A stretch of 64,000 nt of DNA from Burkholderiales bacterium (GTDB taxonomy: Bacteria; Pseudomonadota; Gammaproteobacteria; Burkholderiales; SG8-41), in contig JAURHM010000004.1 of the NCBI GenBank assembly GCA_030833315.1, forward strand, positions 6,720 through 70,719, read 5' to 3'. The notes beneath the pieces are model-generated. The model had not been told where the DNA came from and did not search any database. It was given only the letters and a program-made list of their open reading frames with translations. Positions 31,762 to 43,024 of this stretch are shown here, piece after piece (position 1 is the first letter of the stretch; each line of letters starts with the position of its first letter). Both the position numbers and the translations under genes were made by a program.

Positions 31762-32202
31762 TCAGGCCTTGGCGCGCCGCCGCGCGGCGAAGCGGGCTAA
31801 TGCTGCGCTAAGCCCCGGGTCCTTGACGCGCCGCGACAATCTTTCAAAATTGTCAATAGAATCAATGCTTAACGGCATTTTTTCGGGTGCCGGTTTGGGC
31901 CGGCGTGCGGGCTGTAAAACTTGAACTTGGATGTGAATTCCAGTAACCTTCGCACCCTGTTTTTGCAGGTTCTTGAGCAGTCGGGGCGCCAGCTGACGCA
32001 GCTTTGCCGCGATTGCACCGTTGTCTGCCGCTATCATCAGTATGCCGCCACGGTCCCCGACCACGCGGCTGGCCGGAAGGAGTTCGGCAGGCGCGCAGAC
32101 TTCATATAGCCGTTGCAGCGTAGCAATGCGTTGCAAGTTCCGATTGAGAGCTGATAAGCCCGTGGAGTTGCCGATCAGGGCGCTTAGTTTGTGGTTGGAC
32201 AT
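31762..32202 (-). CDS. DUF721 (DciA-like) protein
   Basis: ATG at 32202 gives MSNHKLSALIG...GGILMIAADNGAIAAKLRQL, typical of DUF721. The lpxC-DUF721-M23-secA arrangement is common in proteobacteria. The ORF-track start 32433 overlaps the M23 gene. Confidence 0.7.
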   Translation of the reverse strand: MSNHKLSALIGNSTGLSALNRNLQRIATLQRLYEVCAPAELLPASRVVGDRGGILMIAADNGAIAAKLRQLAPRLLKNLQKQGAKVTGIHIQVQVLQPARRPKPAPEKMPLSIDSIDNFERLSRRVKDPGLSAALARFAARRRAKA

Positions 32203-32223
32203 GGCGAAAAAGGGATGTTGACC

Positions 32224-33141
32224 ATGAATATTATTCTGGTTTCCGAGAAGCTGCCGAAGGCGCGGACGATTACTTTGGGTTGGCCGCATCTGATCGCTTC
32301 GGGCATAGCCATGTTCGGGTTGGTGATTCTGTTCGCCGGCGCGCTCAATTACGGCATTTTGCGTTTTGCTGCCGAGCTGAATATTCCCTATGTTCGCGAC
32401 GTGCTGGTGTCGATCCAGCGCCAGCAGCAGCAAAAAAACCAGTCCTACCTGCAGGATAACCTGAATGCGATGGCGGTCCGGCTCGGCCAGATGCAGGCCC
32501 AGCTGCTGCGACTGGAAACGCTGGGCGAACGCCTCGCCAAACTTGCTGGATTCAAGCCGCAGGACCTGATGTTCAACGAGGTACCCGGCCGCGGCGGCGC
32601 GGTTTCATCGATCCCCAGCCAGAATCTGTCGCTCGGCGATTTCACGCATCAGATCGACCAGCTGACCCGCCAGCTTGAAGACCGCGGCGACAAGTTGGGC
32701 CTGCTGGAATCGATGTACACGCAGGAAAGCGCACGCAAGAAAATGATCCCCACCAAGCTGCCGGTGGAAGGCGGCTGGTATTCCTCGAACTTCGGCTGGC
32801 GTATCGATCCGTTCACCGGACAGCGCGCATTTCACGAGGGCATCGACTTCATGGCGGAGGAGGGAACACCGGTGTTTTCAGCAGCGGCAGGGGTGGTCGT
32901 CTACGCCGAGTTTCACCCTCAATATGGTAATATGATAGAGATTGATCACGGCAACGATCTGATCTCGCGTTACGCGCACGCATCGAAAAAATACGTGAAA
33001 GTCGGTGATGTGGTTTTGCGCGGAACCAGGATCGCCGATGTTGGCCGGACCGGTCGCGCGACAGGCTCACATCTGCACTTTGAAGTGCGCCAGCGCGGTG
33101 CCGCCTTGAACCCCGCGCGGTTTCTGCAGTTGCCCGGCTGA
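32224..33141 (+). CDS. M23 family metallopeptidase
   Basis: N-terminal TM segment, coiled-coil, then HEGIDF...GNMIEIDHG...[12 protein letters not shown] (LytM/M23 HxxxD and HxH motifs). Start could be 32215 or 32224. Confidence 0.88.
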   Translation: MNIILVSEKLPKARTITLGWPHLIASGIAMFGLVILFAGALNYGILRFAAELNIPYVRDVLVSIQRQQQQKNQSYLQDNLNAMAVRLGQMQAQLLRLETLGERLAKLAGFKPQDLMFNEVPGRGGAVSSIPSQNLSLGDFTHQIDQLTRQLEDRGDKLGLLESMYTQESARKKMIPTKLPVEGGWYSSNFGWRIDPFTGQRAFHEGIDFMAEEGTPVFSAAAGVVVYAEFHPQYGNMIEIDHGNDLISRYAHASKKYVKVGDVVLRGTRIADVGRTGRATGSHLHFEVRQRGAALNPARFLQLPG

Positions 33142-33169
33142 ACGGCTGCGCCAAACGCAAGAATTGCAG

Positions 33170-33196
33170 GGGGTGGGGTTATCCCACCCCTTTTTT
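33170..33196 (+). terminator. rho-independent terminator-like hairpin 13 nt upstream of secA
   Basis: GGGGTGGG (33170-33177), loop GTTAT, CCCACCCC (33183-33190), then TTTTTT (33191-33196). Confidence 0.65.
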
Positions 33197-33209
33197 ATTC
33201 GGAAAGTCC

Positions 33210-36014
33210 ATGATTACCGGTTTATTGAAAAAAGTGTTCGGCAGCCGCAACGAACGGTTGCTCAAGCAGTATCGGCGCACCGTGCGGACGATCAATGCAC
33301 TGGAGCCGCAGATCTCGGCGTTGTCCGACGATCAGCTTCGCGCCAAGACCGAGGAATTTCGCGAGCGCATCCGCAAGGCCGTCGCTGCACCTGAGTCGTC
33401 CCCGGCGGGCGAAGAGCAGACTGTCGAAATCGAACGCCGTCGCCGAGCTGTCCTCGACGAACTGCTGCCCGAAGCCTTTGCCGTGGTTCGTGAAGCCGGC
33501 AAACGTGTTATGGGCATGCGTCATTTCGATGTGCAGCTGGTCGGCGGCATCGCGCTGCATAACGGCAAGATCGCGGAAATGCGCACCGGTGAAGGCAAGA
33601 CGCTGGTGGCGACACTGCCGGCATACCTGAATGCGCTGGCCGGGAACGGCGTGCATATCGTCACCGTCAACGACTATCTGGCGAAGCGCGACTCCGACTG
33701 GATGGGCCGCATTTACCGCTTCCTTGGCCTGACCGTGGGCGTCAACCTGTCGCAGATGGAGCATTCGCTGAAGCAGGAAGCCTATCGTGCCGACATCACC
33801 TACGGCACCAACAACGAATTCGGCTTCGACTATCTGCGTGACAACATGGTGTACGAGTTGTCGGAGAAAGTGCAGCGCGGTCTCGCCTACGCCATTGTCG
33901 ACGAAGTGGATTCGATCCTGATCGACGAGGCACGTACGCCGCTGATCATCTCCGGCCAGGCCGAAGACACAACCGATCTGTATGTGCGCATGAATACCGT
34001 TGCTCCCCGGCTGGTGCGGCAAAAGGATGAAAAAGCCCCGGGCGATTACTGGGTCGACGAAAAAGGCCACCAAGTCGTGCTGTCCGAGGAAGGTCATGAG
34101 CACGCCGAGGCGCTGCTGGCGCAGGCGGGCATGCTGGCCGAAGGCGGCAGCCTCTACGACGCCGCGAACATCTCGCTGATGCATCATCTGAACGCCGCAT
34201 TGCGCGCGCACAGCCTCTTTCATCGAGACCAGCAATACGTCGTGCAGGACAACGAGATCATCATCGTCGACGAGTTCACCGGACGGCTGATGCCGGGGCG
34301 GCGCTGGTCCGAAGGTCTGCACCAAGCGATCGAGGCCAAGGAAGGCGTGGAGATCCAGAAGGAGAACCAGACGCTGGCCACGATCACCTTCCAGAACTAT
34401 TTCCGTATGTACGGCAAACTCGCCGGCATGACCGGAACGGCGGATACGGAAGCCTACGAATTCCAGCAGATTTACGGTCTGGAAACCGTGGTGATTCCGA
34501 CCCACCACCCGATGATCCGCGATGACCGCATGGACCAGGTGTTCCGCACGTCGCGGGAAAAATACCAGGCCATCATCAACGACATCCGTGCCTGTCACGA
34601 GCGCGGCCAGCCGGTGCTTGTCGGCACGACCTCGATCGAGAACTCCGAATACATTGCCGGCATCCTGCAAAAGGAAAAGCTGCCGCACAACGTGCTTAAT
34701 GCCAAGCAGCATGCACGTGAAGCGGAGATCATCACTCAGGCCGGCCGCCCGCAGGTCATCACCATCGCGACCAACATGGCCGGTCGTGGTACGGACATCG
34801 TGCTCGGCGGCAACCCCGAACCGGAAATTGCCCGCGTCATGGCCGACGAGAGTCTGGACATGGCCGCGCGCGAGCAGCGCGCCGCAACGCTGCGTTCTGA
34901 ATGGAAAGAGCGCCATGACCAGGTGCTGAAGGCCGGCGGTCTTCACATCATCGGCACCGAGCGCCACGAATCACGGCGCATCGACAATCAGCTGCGCGGC
35001 CGTGCTGGCCGCCAAGGTGATGCCGGCTCCAGCCGTTTTTATCTGGCGCTCGACGACGCGCTGCTGCGCATATTCGCTTCCGATCGCGTGTCGGCGATCA
35101 TGGAGCGGCTGAAAATGCCGGACGGCGAGGCGATCGAACATCCCTGGGTGACGCGGTCGATCGAAAACGCCCAGCGCAAGGTCGAGGCGCGCAACTTTGA
35201 TATGCGCAAACACCTGCTGGAATATGACGATGTCGCCAACGACCAGCGCAAGGTCATTTACCAGCAGCGCAACGAGTTGCTTGAAAGTTCGGACATTTCA
35301 GTGACGATCACCGCAATGCGCGGTGATGTGGTCAGCGCGCATCTGGCCACCCATGTGCCGCCTGGCAGCCTTGAGGAGCAGTGGGACATCCCGGGTCTCG
35401 AGACGGTGCTGCGCGGCGAACTCGGACTGGAACTGCCGATCCAGCAGTGGCTGCAGGCCGATCCGGACATGGAAGAGGCGACGCTGCGCGAGCGCGTGAT
35501 CGAAGCCGCGCATGCGCGTTATCTCGAGAAGACCGGTTCTGTCGAGCAGGGCGCGATGCGTCAGTATGAACGCGCGATCATGCTGCAGAGTGTCGATTCG
35601 CACTGGCGGGAACATCTGTCTGCCCTGGATCATCTGCGGCAGGGCATCCATCTGCGCGGTTATGCGCAGAAGAATCCGACCCAGGAATACAAGCGTGAGG
35701 CATTCGAGCTGTTCTCGATGCTGCTCGACATGATCAAGACCGATGTCACGCGCACGCTGATGACGGTGCAGATCCGCAGCGCCGAAGAGTTGCGCGCAGC
35801 CGAAGAACACGAGTCCTTGCAGAACGTGCAGTACCAGCACGCCGAAGCGCCAGTGGAGGTGGTCGAAACTGCCGCTGCACAACCCGAGACTGCGCCGGAA
35901 GACAGCGAGCCGTTGCAACCTTATGTCCGCGGCGGCCAGAAGCTGGGGCGCAACGATCCCTGTCCCTGCGGATCCGGGAAAAAATACAAACAGTGCCACG
36001 GCAAGCTGAGCTGA
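33210..36014 (+). CDS. secA: preprotein translocase ATPase SecA
   Basis: MRTGEGKTL Walker [21 protein letters not shown]-terminal zinc motif [14 protein letters not shown]. Confidence 0.97.
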   Translation: MITGLLKKVFGSRNERLLKQYRRTVRTINALEPQISALSDDQLRAKTEEFRERIRKAVAAPESSPAGEEQTVEIERRRRAVLDELLPEAFAVVREAGKRVMGMRHFDVQLVGGIALHNGKIAEMRTGEGKTLVATLPAYLNALAGNGVHIVTVNDYLAKRDSDWMGRIYRFLGLTVGVNLSQMEHSLKQEAYRADITYGTNNEFGFDYLRDNMVYELSEKVQRGLAYAIVDEVDSILIDEARTPLIISGQAEDTTDLYVRMNTVAPRLVRQKDEKAPGDYWVDEKGHQVVLSEEGHEHAEALLAQAGMLAEGGSLYDAANISLMHHLNAALRAHSLFHRDQQYVVQDNEIIIVDEFTGRLMPGRRWSEGLHQAIEAKEGVEIQKENQTLATITFQNYFRMYGKLAGMTGTADTEAYEFQQIYGLETVVIPTHHPMIRDDRMDQVFRTSREKYQAIINDIRACHERGQPVLVGTTSIENSEYIAGILQKEKLPHNVLNAKQHAREAEIITQAGRPQVITIATNMAGRGTDIVLGGNPEPEIARVMADESLDMAAREQRAATLRSEWKERHDQVLKAGGLHIIGTERHESRRIDNQLRGRAGRQGDAGSSRFYLALDDALLRIFASDRVSAIMERLKMPDGEAIEHPWVTRSIENAQRKVEARNFDMRKHLLEYDDVANDQRKVIYQQRNELLESSDISVTITAMRGDVVSAHLATHVPPGSLEEQWDIPGLETVLRGELGLELPIQQWLQADPDMEEATLRERVIEAAHARYLEKTGSVEQGAMRQYERAIMLQSVDSHWREHLSALDHLRQGIHLRGYAQKNPTQEYKREAFELFSMLLDMIKTDVTRTLMTVQIRSAEELRAAEEHESLQNVQYQHAEAPVEVVETAAAQPETAPEDSEPLQPYVRGGQKLGRNDPCPCGSGKKYKQCHGKLS

Positions 36015-36045
36015 GCTCGGTCGAGGTGAATCTGGGGAGTCCGTC

Positions 36046-37284
36046 ATGCCCGTCAATCTGAATCCGCCCGATGCAAAATTCCTGCTGCCGGTTGCCGGCG
36101 TCAGGCTCGGAATCACCCAGGCCGGCATACGCAAGTCCGGGCGCAGGGATCTGCTGCTGATCAGTATCGACGAAGGCGCCTGCGTTGCCGGCGTGTTTAC
36201 CCAGAACCGTTTTTGCGCCGCACCGGTCATTGTTTCGCGCCAGCATCTGTCGATGATCGATCCTGGCAAAGGCGTGCGTGCGCTGGTGATCAATACCGGC
36301 GTTGCCAATGCCGGGACCGGTGCTACGGGTCTTGCCCACGCGCGCCGGACCTGTGCCGATGCGGCGCAGTTGCTCGGCTGCAACGCATCGCAGGTGCTGC
36401 CGTTTTCGACCGGCGTGATCATGGAGCCGTTGCCGGTGGATCGCATTGCTGCCGGCCTGCCGCAATGCATTGCCGCGCTGAAAGCCGATGCCTGGGCGGA
36501 TGCCGCCGCTGCGATCATGACCACGGATACAGTGCCTAAAGCGGTGTCTCGGCAGTTTGCCGTCGGCGGCGCCACCATCACGGTGACCGGCATTTCCAAA
36601 GGTGCCGGCATGATTCATCCGGGCATGGCGACCATGCTTGGTTTCGTCGCCACCGATGCCAAAGTCAGCCAGCCGCTGGTCAAGGCCGCGGTGACTTACG
36701 CTGCCCAGCATTCATTCAATGCGATCACTGTCGACGGTGATACCTCGACCAATGACAGTTTCATGCTGATCGCCACCGGCAAGGCGGCGATGGCGGAAAT
36801 CACTGATGCGAAAAGCCCGGAATATATTGCCTTCCGCGATGCCGTTACAGCGGTCTCGATCACGCTGGCGCAGGCGATTGTCCGCGACGGTGAAGGTGCG
36901 ACCAAGTTCATCACCATCAAGGTCGAGGCGGGGCGCGACGAGGAGGAGTGCCGCAAGGTCGCCTTCGCTATCGCGCATTCGCCGCTGATCAAGACCGCAT
37001 TTTTTGCATCCGATCCGAACCTCGGGCGCATTCTCGCTGCCATCGGTTATGCAGGCGTCAATGATCTTGAAGTGGAGGGTGTCGAACTGTATCTCGATGA
37101 CGTGCTTGTCGCCGAACGCGGCGGCCGCAGTCCGTCGTATGAAGAGTCGCAGGGTCAGCGCGTGATGAAACAGGCGGAAATCACCGTGCGTGTCGTGCTC
37201 AACCGCGGTCGCGCGATGACGACGGTGTGGACTTGTGACCTGTCGCATGACTACGTCAGCATCAACGCTGATTACCGCAGCTAA
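36046..37284 (+). CDS. argJ: bifunctional glutamate N-acetyltransferase/amino-acid acetyltransferase
   Basis: [13 protein letters not shown] autoprocessing site, [11 protein letters not shown], 412 aa. Confidence 0.94.
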   Translation: MPVNLNPPDAKFLLPVAGVRLGITQAGIRKSGRRDLLLISIDEGACVAGVFTQNRFCAAPVIVSRQHLSMIDPGKGVRALVINTGVANAGTGATGLAHARRTCADAAQLLGCNASQVLPFSTGVIMEPLPVDRIAAGLPQCIAALKADAWADAAAAIMTTDTVPKAVSRQFAVGGATITVTGISKGAGMIHPGMATMLGFVATDAKVSQPLVKAAVTYAAQHSFNAITVDGDTSTNDSFMLIATGKAAMAEITDAKSPEYIAFRDAVTAVSITLAQAIVRDGEGATKFITIKVEAGRDEEECRKVAFAIAHSPLIKTAFFASDPNLGRILAAIGYAGVNDLEVEGVELYLDDVLVAERGGRSPSYEESQGQRVMKQAEITVRVVLNRGRAMTTVWTCDLSHDYVSINADYRS

Positions 37285-37300
37285 AAGTCATTTAAACCAA

Positions 37301-38209
37301 ATGGTTACAAAGAATTCCAAGACTGCGACCGTCTTTTCCGACGCGGCATCGCTGCTCGGCCGCACGGAATCCGTGCTTGCGCGCCTTGAGCAGATGCTGC
37401 CGGCGCCGGCCGCTGCAGTGGACTGGAAAGCCTCCATCGCATTCCGCTGGCGGCGTAAGGGTGAGCGCGCGGCGCTGGAGCCCATCCATCAGGTGCATCA
37501 CATCGACCTGCGCGATTTGCAGGGTATCGATGAACAGAAAAAACTGGTCGAGCAGAATACGCGCCAGTTCGTCGAAGGCATGCCGGCCAATAATGTGCTG
37601 CTCACCGGCGCACGCGGCACCGGCAAGTCTTCCTTGGTCAAGGCGCTGCTGAACAAATACGCCTCGCGCGGCCTGCGGCTGATCGAAGTCGAAAAACGCG
37701 ACCTTACCGATCTGCCGGATATTGTCGAACTGATCCACGCGCGGCCCGAGCGTTTCATTCTTTACTGTGACGATCTGTCGTTTGAGGCGGATGAGCATGG
37801 CTACAAGGCGCTGAAGGTGGTACTCGACGGTTCGGTGGCTGCAGCTTCCGAAAACTGTCTGGTTTATGCGACGTCGAACCGCCGCCACCTGATGCCGGAA
37901 TTCATGAATGAAAATCTTGAATACCAGCATGTCGGCGAAGAAATTCATCCCGGCGAAACCAGTGAAGAGAAAATTTCACTCTCGGAGCGTTTCGGTTTGT
38001 GGGTGTCCTTCCATTCCTTCGACCAGGACGAATACCTGCGAATCGTTCATGTCTGGCTGGCGCACTTCAAGGTGTCCGGTGTCAAAAGCGCCGAGGTTGA
38101 AAAGGCCGCACTGCAATGGGCGCTGAGCCGCAGTTCGCGAAGCGGCCGTGTCGCCTGGCAGTTCGCCCGCGACTGGGCCGGCCGCACCCGCCTCGCGCGG
38201 CGCAAATAA
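37301..38209 (+). CDS. AAA-type ATPase, DUF815 family
   Basis: Walker A LLTGARGTGKSSLV, Walker B ILYCDDLSF. ATG 37301 chosen because the ORF-track start 37235 overlaps argJ. Confidence 0.75.
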   Translation: MVTKNSKTATVFSDAASLLGRTESVLARLEQMLPAPAAAVDWKASIAFRWRRKGERAALEPIHQVHHIDLRDLQGIDEQKKLVEQNTRQFVEGMPANNVLLTGARGTGKSSLVKALLNKYASRGLRLIEVEKRDLTDLPDIVELIHARPERFILYCDDLSFEADEHGYKALKVVLDGSVAAASENCLVYATSNRRHLMPEFMNENLEYQHVGEEIHPGETSEEKISLSERFGLWVSFHSFDQDEYLRIVHVWLAHFKVSGVKSAEVEKAALQWALSRSSRSGRVAWQFARDWAGRTRLARRK

Positions 38210-38214
38210 AGCCG

Positions 38215-39183
38215 ATGAGTGCGTCCCCGGGGCGCCGCCGCATTGCGGTTGTCGCAGCGGTGCTGCAGCAGCCAGATGGGCGGTTCCTGCTGGCGCAACG
38301 GCCGCAGTGCAAGGTCTACGCCGGTTACTGGGAATTTCCCGGCGGCAAGGTCGAGGCCGGTGAATCGCCGTTGCAGGCCCTGCAGCGTGAGTTGCATGAA
38401 GAACTCGGTATCGAGGTCACTGAAGCTTATCCCTGGCTGATCCGCGAATTCGATTACGAACATGCCGATGTGCGCCTGCACTTTTTTCGCGTGCGCGGCT
38501 GGCGCGGTGAACTGCACGGGCGTGAGGCGCAGGCTTTCGCATGGCAGCGCATTGAGGCGATTGATGTGTCGCCGCTGTTGCCGGCCAACGGTCCCATCCT
38601 CAACGCGCTGGCCATTCCCGAGACCTACGGCGTTACCGGATTTGCGCTTTCTGAAAAAACACAGGCCCTGGCGGCCGTGGATCAGGCTCTGCGCCGCGGT
38701 CTGCGTCTGATTCAGGTGCGCGGCAAGAACTGGCCGGCGGACGATTTCGCGGCCTATGCGCAGGCGATCGTTACCCTTGCGCATGCCGCGGGGGCACGGG
38801 TGCTGATCAATGGTGATGTGGATCTGGCGCAGCGCTGCGGCGCCGATGGCGTGCATCTGACCTCGCAACAATTACAGATGCTGACGTCGAGGCCACCGCT
38901 GCCGCTGGTCGGTGCCTCCTGTCACAGCGCCGAAGAGTTGCGCCGCGCCGAAGCGGCGGGTGCGGATTTCTCGGTGATGGGGCCGGTGCTGCCGACGCCG
39001 ACCCATCCAGGCGCGTCGCTGCTGGGTTGGGCGGGTTTTGCCGAAGCGGCAGCTGGCAACCGGATCCCGGTATTTGCACTGGGTGGTTTGCGGGAGGCTG
39101 ACCGCGCGCAGTCGCTGGTCAGCGGCGCGCACGGACTGGCGATGATCCGCGGTGCCTGGATGCCGGATTCTTTTTCCGGCTAA
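38215..39183 (+). CDS. Nudix (MutT-like) hydrolase fused to a thiamine-phosphate-synthase-like (TMP-TENI) domain
   Basis: Nudix box [24 protein letters not shown] in the N-terminal half. The C-terminal half has a ThiE-fold pattern (LIQVRGK..., GADGVHL, ALGG). Confidence 0.8.
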   Translation: MSASPGRRRIAVVAAVLQQPDGRFLLAQRPQCKVYAGYWEFPGGKVEAGESPLQALQRELHEELGIEVTEAYPWLIREFDYEHADVRLHFFRVRGWRGELHGREAQAFAWQRIEAIDVSPLLPANGPILNALAIPETYGVTGFALSEKTQALAAVDQALRRGLRLIQVRGKNWPADDFAAYAQAIVTLAHAAGARVLINGDVDLAQRCGADGVHLTSQQLQMLTSRPPLPLVGASCHSAEELRRAEAAGADFSVMGPVLPTPTHPGASLLGWAGFAEAAAGNRIPVFALGGLREADRAQSLVSGAHGLAMIRGAWMPDSFSG

Positions 39184-39383
39184 TTCGGCCGGTAGTCGGG
39201 ATTTGCAGTCGGCAGTTCTTCGGACTCGCCGCTCTCGGCGACCGGGACGCGATAACGTTCCGTTGCCCACGCGCCGAGATCAATCATCTTGCAGCGTTCG
39301 GAGCAGAACGGTCGAAAGCGGTTTTCGGGATTCCACTCGATGCTTGCGCCGCATTGCGGGCAGGCGACAATTTTTCCGGCCAT
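39180..39383 (-). CDS. yacG: DNA gyrase inhibitor YacG (zinc ribbon)
   Basis: 67 aa with CPQCG...[14 protein letters not shown]. Confidence 0.9.
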   Translation of the reverse strand: MAGKIVACPQCGASIEWNPENRFRPFCSERCKMIDLGAWATERYRVPVAESGESEELPTANPDYRPN

Positions 39384-39386
39384 GGT

Positions 39387-40142
39387 TCAGAGATTGCAGA
39401 AGGTCAGCTCAAATTCGACATCGCGTTCCGATGCCTTGGGCCGTTGCATGCCTTCCTGGGTGGTGAAGCGGATGTTCAGCGCATATTTGTTGGCGCTGAT
39501 CTCGGGCACGCAGGCGTGGTCGCCGGCCAGTCCGATGCGCAGCATCTGCGCCATGCGACCGGCCATCATCTGCTGATAGACGCCCTGCTGCGCGACCTGC
39601 GCGGAGGTCTTGCCGCTTTCACGGAGCAGGCGCAGTACGATGCAGATGGCATCACGCGTCGGCAGGAAGGGTGCGAGCCATTGCTGCAGGTCATGGCGCC
39701 GGAGGTCGGTTTCCTGCTGCAGCCAGAAGTGATACGACGGCAGATCGAATTCGCAGACGCCACCCGGTATCGCGGTGCGCTGCTTGATGCTCATCAGCCA
39801 TTCGTTTTCGCGGATTTCCTGGCCGACTTTTCCGGAGGCCTGGAACAGCCGTGAAGACGACTGGTCGATCTGCCACAACACGTTCTCGAGGGCTTCTTCG
39901 GAAATGTCCGGATTGTCGCGCAGCGCCTCAAGCACCTGTTTCTGGCGCTCCAGTTCCTGCAGCAGGTCGGATTTGAGATCGGCGCGGCTGGCGACTTCCA
40001 GGATTTCGAAGATCAGCAGCAGTGCGACATGGTGCTCTTCGCCATTGGTTTTGCCGACGAAGTAGTCGATACGCTCGAACAGATCCTCGAGGCGCAGCAG
40101 TGTGCGAATGCGCTCGCTCAGTGGATGCTCGTAGACAATCAC
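39387..40142 (-). CDS. zapD: cell division protein ZapD
   Basis: MIVYEHPLSERIRTLLRLEDLF N-terminus, 251 aa, yacG-zapD-coaE synteny. Confidence 0.9.
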   Translation of the reverse strand: MIVYEHPLSERIRTLLRLEDLFERIDYFVGKTNGEEHHVALLLIFEILEVASRADLKSDLLQELERQKQVLEALRDNPDISEEALENVLWQIDQSSSRLFQASGKVGQEIRENEWLMSIKQRTAIPGGVCEFDLPSYHFWLQQETDLRRHDLQQWLAPFLPTRDAICIVLRLLRESGKTSAQVAQQGVYQQMMAGRMAQMLRIGLAGDHACVPEISANKYALNIRFTTQEGMQRPKASERDVEFELTFCNL

Positions 40143-40230
40143 GCTCGGTGCGCCCGATGGAGTAGGGTAAGAATGCAGTTGCCGGAGTATCGGGCAAAAC
40201 CCAGAAAAAATAAAGGGTTAATGAGCCTGT

Positions 40231-40851
40231 TCATGACGGATTCCGGGGGGCGGCGGCCAGTGCCAGATAGCGGTCGTGCAGGCGGTCGACCTGACTGCGC
40301 AACTGAGAGAGGTCGCCGTTGTTGAGCAGCACGTCATCGGCGCGGGCCAGCCGCTGCTGGCGCGGCAACTGTGCTGCCATGATCGCGCGTACGGCCTCCT
40401 CTGTCAGTGCGCTGCGCTGCATTGTGCGGCTGATCTGCAGCGATTCCTCGCAGTCGATTACCAGAACGCGCTGCACGAGATCAGGGTAACCGCTGCTTTC
40501 CAGCAGCAGCGGCACGACCAGCATGACGTAGGGTGCCGTTGAACAGTTCACCCGGTCACGGGCTTCGGCACGGATCAACGGGTGCAGGATGCCTTCCAGC
40601 ACCTTGCGCTGCACCGGATCGGCAAATACGCGCTGACGCATCGCGTTGCGGTCCAGGCTGCCGTCGGCTGCGGCGATGCCGGGACCAAAGGCCTTGATGA
40701 TTGCGGCCATGGCGCGTCCGCCGGAACGGGTCAGCTCATGGGCGATGTCGTCGGTATCGACAATGCCCGCGCCGCGTTCGGCAAACAGGGCTGCGGCGCT
40801 GGATTTGCCGGAACCGATGCCGCCGGTGACGCCGACGCAGTATGCCATCAT
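40231..40851 (-). CDS. coaE: dephospho-CoA kinase
   Basis: Start at 40851 gives MMAYCVGVTGGIGSGKS P-loop. It overlaps the pilD stop. The ORF-track start 41424 lies inside pilD. Confidence 0.92.
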   Translation of the reverse strand: MMAYCVGVTGGIGSGKSSAAALFAERGAGIVDTDDIAHELTRSGGRAMAAIIKAFGPGIAAADGSLDRNAMRQRVFADPVQRKVLEGILHPLIRAEARDRVNCSTAPYVMLVVPLLLESSGYPDLVQRVLVIDCEESLQISRTMQRSALTEEAVRAIMAAQLPRQQRLARADDVLLNNGDLSQLRSQVDRLHDRYLALAAAPRNPS

Positions 40852-41699
40852 AGCGGGCCGAGGTAGGAGCGTGTCAGCGCCGGTCCGTACAGCAGTGCGA
40901 TCATGCCGGCGATGGCGAGATAGGGGCCGAAGGGAATCGGTACGCTGCGCCCCCGTCCGGCAAAAACGATCATGAAAATGCCGATGGCAGCGCCGACCAG
41001 CGAAGACAGCAGAATGGTCAGCGGCAGCATGGTCCAGCCCAGCCAGGCACCGATGGCGGCGAGCAGCTTGAAGTCGCCGTAACCCATGCCTTCCTTGCCG
41101 GTGGCCCACTTGAACGCCCAATACACCGACCACAAAGACAGGTAACCGGCGACTGCACCGATGACCGCCGATGACAGGCTGACATAGGTGCTGCCGATAT
41201 TGAACAGCAGACCCAGCCACAACAGCGGCAGCGTGATGCTGTCCGGCAGGAAAAAGGTGTCGAGGTCGATGAAGGTCAGCGCGATCATCGCCCAGGTGAA
41301 CAGCAGTGCGCCTGCGGCGGCCATGCCGAAACCGAAATGCCAGGCGATGTAGCCTGACAGCATGCCGGTGAGCAGCTCGACCGCGGGATAACGCGGCGAA
41401 ATGGCGGTCTTGCAACCTTTGCATTTGCCGCCGAGCGCCAGCCAGCTCATGACCGGTACGTTTTCAATCGCGGATATCGGATGTCCGCAGGACGGGCAGG
41501 CGGAACGCGGCACGACCAGGTTGTAGCGCGGAGCCGGGGCGGCTTCCTGTCCGGCCACTTCGGCGCATTCGGCCTTCCACTGGCGTTCCATCATTTTGGG
41601 CAGGCGGTGGATCACCACATTCAGGAAACTGCCGACGCACAGGCCAAGCAGTGCGGCGCAGGCGGCGAAGACGGGGGGGGTCGACAATACGCTGATCAT
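40848..41699 (-). CDS. pilD: prepilin peptidase/N-methyltransferase (A24 family)
   Basis: Cys-rich N-terminal box (CPSCGHPI...GKCKGC), polytopic, with a conserved Asp context (GYGDFKL). Confidence 0.92.
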   Translation of the reverse strand: MISVLSTPPVFAACAALLGLCVGSFLNVVIHRLPKMMERQWKAECAEVAGQEAAPAPRYNLVVPRSACPSCGHPISAIENVPVMSWLALGGKCKGCKTAISPRYPAVELLTGMLSGYIAWHFGFGMAAAGALLFTWAMIALTFIDLDTFFLPDSITLPLLWLGLLFNIGSTYVSLSSAVIGAVAGYLSLWSVYWAFKWATGKEGMGYGDFKLLAAIGAWLGWTMLPLTILLSSLVGAAIGIFMIVFAGRGRSVPIPFGPYLAIAGMIALLYGPALTRSYLGPL

Positions 41700-41794
41700 G
41701 AAGTAGCCGGCCTCTGCGATTAAGTGGTGGGCCGGCGCGACGGTGCCGGATGCGCGCCGGACAGGGAGCGGCGCCTTTGACGGCGCCGTCGTTG

Positions 41795-43024
41795 TTATAC
41801 GGCGGAACCCAGCTTGAAGATTGGCAGATACATTGCAATCACCATACCGCCAATCAACGTGCCCAGCACCACCATGATCATCGGTTCCATCAGGCTCGAC
41901 AGCGCCTCCACGGTGTCATCCACTTCCTGTTCAAAGAAGTCGGCGACTTTGCCGAGCATCGCGTCGAGCGAACCGGCTTCTTCGCCGATCATCGCCATCT
42001 GGATCACCATATTGGGAAACACTTCGGTGCCCTGCATCGCAGAAGTAAGGCTCGATCCGGTGGAGACTTCGGACTGGATTTTTTTGGTGGCCATGTAATA
42101 CACATAGTTTCCCGATGCGCCAGCGACCGAGCCCAGCGCCTCGACCAGCGGCACGCCGGCGGCAAACATCGTGGCCAGAGTCCGCGTCCAGCGCGCGATC
42201 GACGACTTGCGGATCAGATCGCCGAAAACCGGGATTTTCAGGACCAGCTTGTCCATGAACATCTGCATTTTCACCGAACGTTTCCAGGTCCAGAAAAACG
42301 CATAGATGCTGCCGCCCATGGTGCCGAACAGGAAGAACCAGTTGGCGACCACGAAGTCGGAAATCGCCATCACGATCAGCGTCGGGGTCGGCAGATCGGC
42401 GCCGAAGCTCTTGAACACTTCCTTGAACGCCGGGATCACGAAAATCATGATGATCGCCGTGATCACCACCGCGACCACGATAATCGCGATCGGGTAGAAC
42501 AGCGCCGACTTGATCTTGGCCTTGATGCCGAGAATCTTTTCCTTGTAGGTTGCCAGGCGGTCGAGCAGGCTTTCCAGAATACCGGCGGCTTCACCGGCGC
42601 CGACCAGGTTGCAGAACAGCGCGTCGAAATGCAGAGGGTGTTTCTCGAAGGCCTGTTTCAGGCTCATGCCCGTTTCAACGTCGGCCTTGATGGTCATCAA
42701 CAGCCGCGCTACCGCGGGATTGGCGTGGCCTTTGCCGACTATGTCGAAGGCCTGCAGCAGCGGCACGCCGGATTTCATCATCGTCGCCAGCTGGCGGGTG
42801 AACAGCGTGATGTCTTTTTCGGAAACCGAGCCGCCCTTGCCGAGACGCTGCTTTTTGACCTCCGTTACCTTGATACCCTGGCGGCGCAGTATGGCGTTGA
42901 CCTGGGCTTCGCCGCTGGCCTGCATTTCGCCGCGGACGGTTTTTCCGGCCCGATCCTGGCCGACCCAGCGGAACGTAACTTCAACGACCGCGGCGGGTTT
43001 ACGTGCGGCAGCGGCTATGGCCAT
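41795..43024 (-). CDS. pilC: type IV pilus assembly platform protein PilC (GspF family)
   Basis: 409 aa with two T2SS-F repeats. Upstream of pilD-coaE as in Pseudomonas and betaproteobacteria. Confidence 0.9.
   Translation of the reverse strand: MAIAAAARKPAAVVEVTFRWVGQDRAGKTVRGEMQASGEAQVNAILRRQGIKVTEVKKQRLGKGGSVSEKDITLFTRQLATMMKSGVPLLQAFDIVGKGHANPAVARLLMTIKADVETGMSLKQAFEKHPLHFDALFCNLVGAGEAAGILESLLDRLATYKEKILGIKAKIKSALFYPIAIIVVAVVITAIIMIFVIPAFKEVFKSFGADLPTPTLIVMAISDFVVANWFFLFGTMGGSIYAFFWTWKRSVKMQMFMDKLVLKIPVFGDLIRKSSIARWTRTLATMFAAGVPLVEALGSVAGASGNYVYYMATKKIQSEVSTGSSLTSAMQGTEVFPNMVIQMAMIGEEAGSLDAMLGKVADFFEQEVDDTVEALSSLMEPMIMVVLGTLIGGMVIAMYLPIFKLGSAV

Noticed and set aside
33222-34967. 581-aa minus-strand ORF
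   Set aside because: Antisense to secA, whose identity is unambiguous. A shadow ORF.
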